Assembly (NCBI RefSeq): GCF_001457615.1
Contig: NZ_LN831024.1
Location: 4,320,001-4,352,000, forward strand
Direction: 5' to 3'
DNA: 32,000 nucleotides
From: Pseudomonas aeruginosa
GTDB taxonomy: Bacteria; Pseudomonadota; Gammaproteobacteria; Pseudomonadales; Pseudomonadaceae
Below the pieces are notes generated by a model that was given only the letters and a program-made list of their open reading frames with translations, was not told the origin of the DNA and searched no databases. Of this stretch, positions 31,141 to 32,000 are shown one piece after another. A program made the position numbers and the translations under genes. Numbering within the stretch: position 1 is the stretch's first letter; each line of letters starts with the position of its first letter.

Positions 31141-31365
31141 TCAGAGTCCAAGCATCTGGTAGAGGTCGCCCACCGTGCGAGCCTTGATCAGGTCTTCACC
31201 GGTGATGGTCTTGCCGTATTCCATGTCGAACATGACGATGACCCCGAGCGCGGCCAGCGAGTCCCATTCCGGCAGGTCTTCGAGCTGGGTGTCCATGCTG
31301 ACCTCGACGGGATTCTGGAAATCGGTGGCGGAAAGGAAGTCTTCGATGAATTTTGCTTGGCTCAT
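31141..31365 (-). CDS. Acyl carrier protein
   Basis: 74 aa, acidic. Phosphopantetheine-attachment Ser in EDLPEWDSLAALGVIVMFDMEYG. Adjacent to the KAS III gene. Confidence 0.88.
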   Translation of the reverse strand: MSQAKFIEDFLSATDFQNPVEVSMDTQLEDLPEWDSLAALGVIVMFDMEYGKTITGEDLIKARTVGDLYQMLGL

Positions 31366-31419
31366 TTCTTGTCTACCTGAGTGAGGCGGTTGTTCATTCT
31401 GTTATCGGTCGCGACGGGC

Positions 31420-32000
31420 TCAACTTGATGCTCGCCGCCGCGGCATGGCGGCGGAAGCGATCAGGCCGGCGACGAACTCGACGTCTGCGGCGGCCAGCCC
31501 GGGATAGATCGGCAGGCACAGCACCCGCGAGGAAATCGACCGCGCCACCGGAAGATTGGCGGGCGCCGCCGAGGGCAGCGAATGGTACATGGGGAAGTCG
31601 CTGATGAGTGGGTAGAAGTAGCGCCGCACCAGCACATCCCTGTCGCGCAGGCGCTGGTACAGCTCGTCGCGCGAAAGCGGAAAATCGTCTTCCACCAGGA
31701 TCGGGAAATAGGCGTTGTTGGCGAAGGTCTGGGTACCAGGCCGGAGGCACTGGATGCCAGGGACGCCGGCCAGCAGGCGCCGATAGCGCTCGGCGATCTC
31801 CCTGCGCTGCTCCAGGGCCTGGTCGACGTGCTTGAGTTGCAGCAGCCCGAAGGCAGCGCCGACCTCGTTGAGCTTGCCGTTGATGCCGGGCATGACCACC
31901 GTGACCTCGTCGACGAAGCCGAAATTCTTAAGGTGGTTGAGGCGTTGCCGGGTGTTTTCGTCCGAGCAGATGATCGCACCGCCCTCGAAGGTGTTGAACA
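31420..32000 (-). CDS. DegT/DnrJ/EryC1-type PLP-dependent sugar aminotransferase (VioA-like), C-terminal part; start lies beyond the window
   Basis: Frame ends AAMPRRRASS* and extends to the window edge. GINGKLNEVGAAFGLLQLKHVDQALEQRREIAERYRRLL and RYFYPLISDFPMYHSLPSAAPANLPVARSISSRVLCLPIYPGL are typical sugar-aminotransferase C-terminal motifs. Confidence 0.9.
   Translation of the reverse strand, partial: FNTFEGGAIICSDENTRQRLNHLKNFGFVDEVTVVMPGINGKLNEVGAAFGLLQLKHVDQALEQRREIAERYRRLLAGVPGIQCLRPGTQTFANNAYFPILVEDDFPLSRDELYQRLRDRDVLVRRYFYPLISDFPMYHSLPSAAPANLPVARSISSRVLCLPIYPGLAAADVEFVAGLIASAAMPRRRASS

Noticed and set aside
29465-31162. 565-aa plus-strand ORF antisense to SDR/KAS III
   Set aside because: Antisense of two genes with intact catalytic motifs; no similarity recognised.

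Overview
This window is a Pseudomonas aeruginosa chromosomal segment, in the reverse of PAO1 gene order. It covers the right side of flagellar region I and enters the a-type flagellin glycosylation island. The left ~7 kb is ordinary core genome: a VF530/DUF2132-like gene fragment, a PQQ-type sugar dehydrogenase, a C39-like hypothetical protein, an RsuA/RluF-like pseudouridine synthase, an AraC regulator divergent from an MFS transporter, a RoeA-type diguanylate cyclase and a TorF-like porin. Minus-strand flagellar genes follow: fliJ, fliI, fliH, fliG, fliF, fliE, fleR, fleS, fleQ, fleP, fliS, a second fliS paralogue, fliD, flaG, and a 394-aa a-type fliC. Near-consensus sigma-54 promoters precede fleSR and fliE, and a near-perfect sigma-28 promoter precedes fliC. 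The accessory part (about 22.1-32 kb, minus strand) reads, in transcription order: aminotransferase, ACP, KAS-III-like synthase, SDR, NeuD/PglD-type acyltransferase, Rieske oxygenase, a second hexapeptide-repeat protein, an FkbM methyltransferase broken by a 1-nt frameshift, and a 1168-aa multidomain glycosyltransferase. The best leads are this ACP-dependent sugar-acylation cassette with a Rieske oxygenase (compare the P. syringae modified-viosamine pathway) and the frameshift in a G5 tract of the methyltransferase. I found no CRISPR array, RNA gene or insertion sequence.
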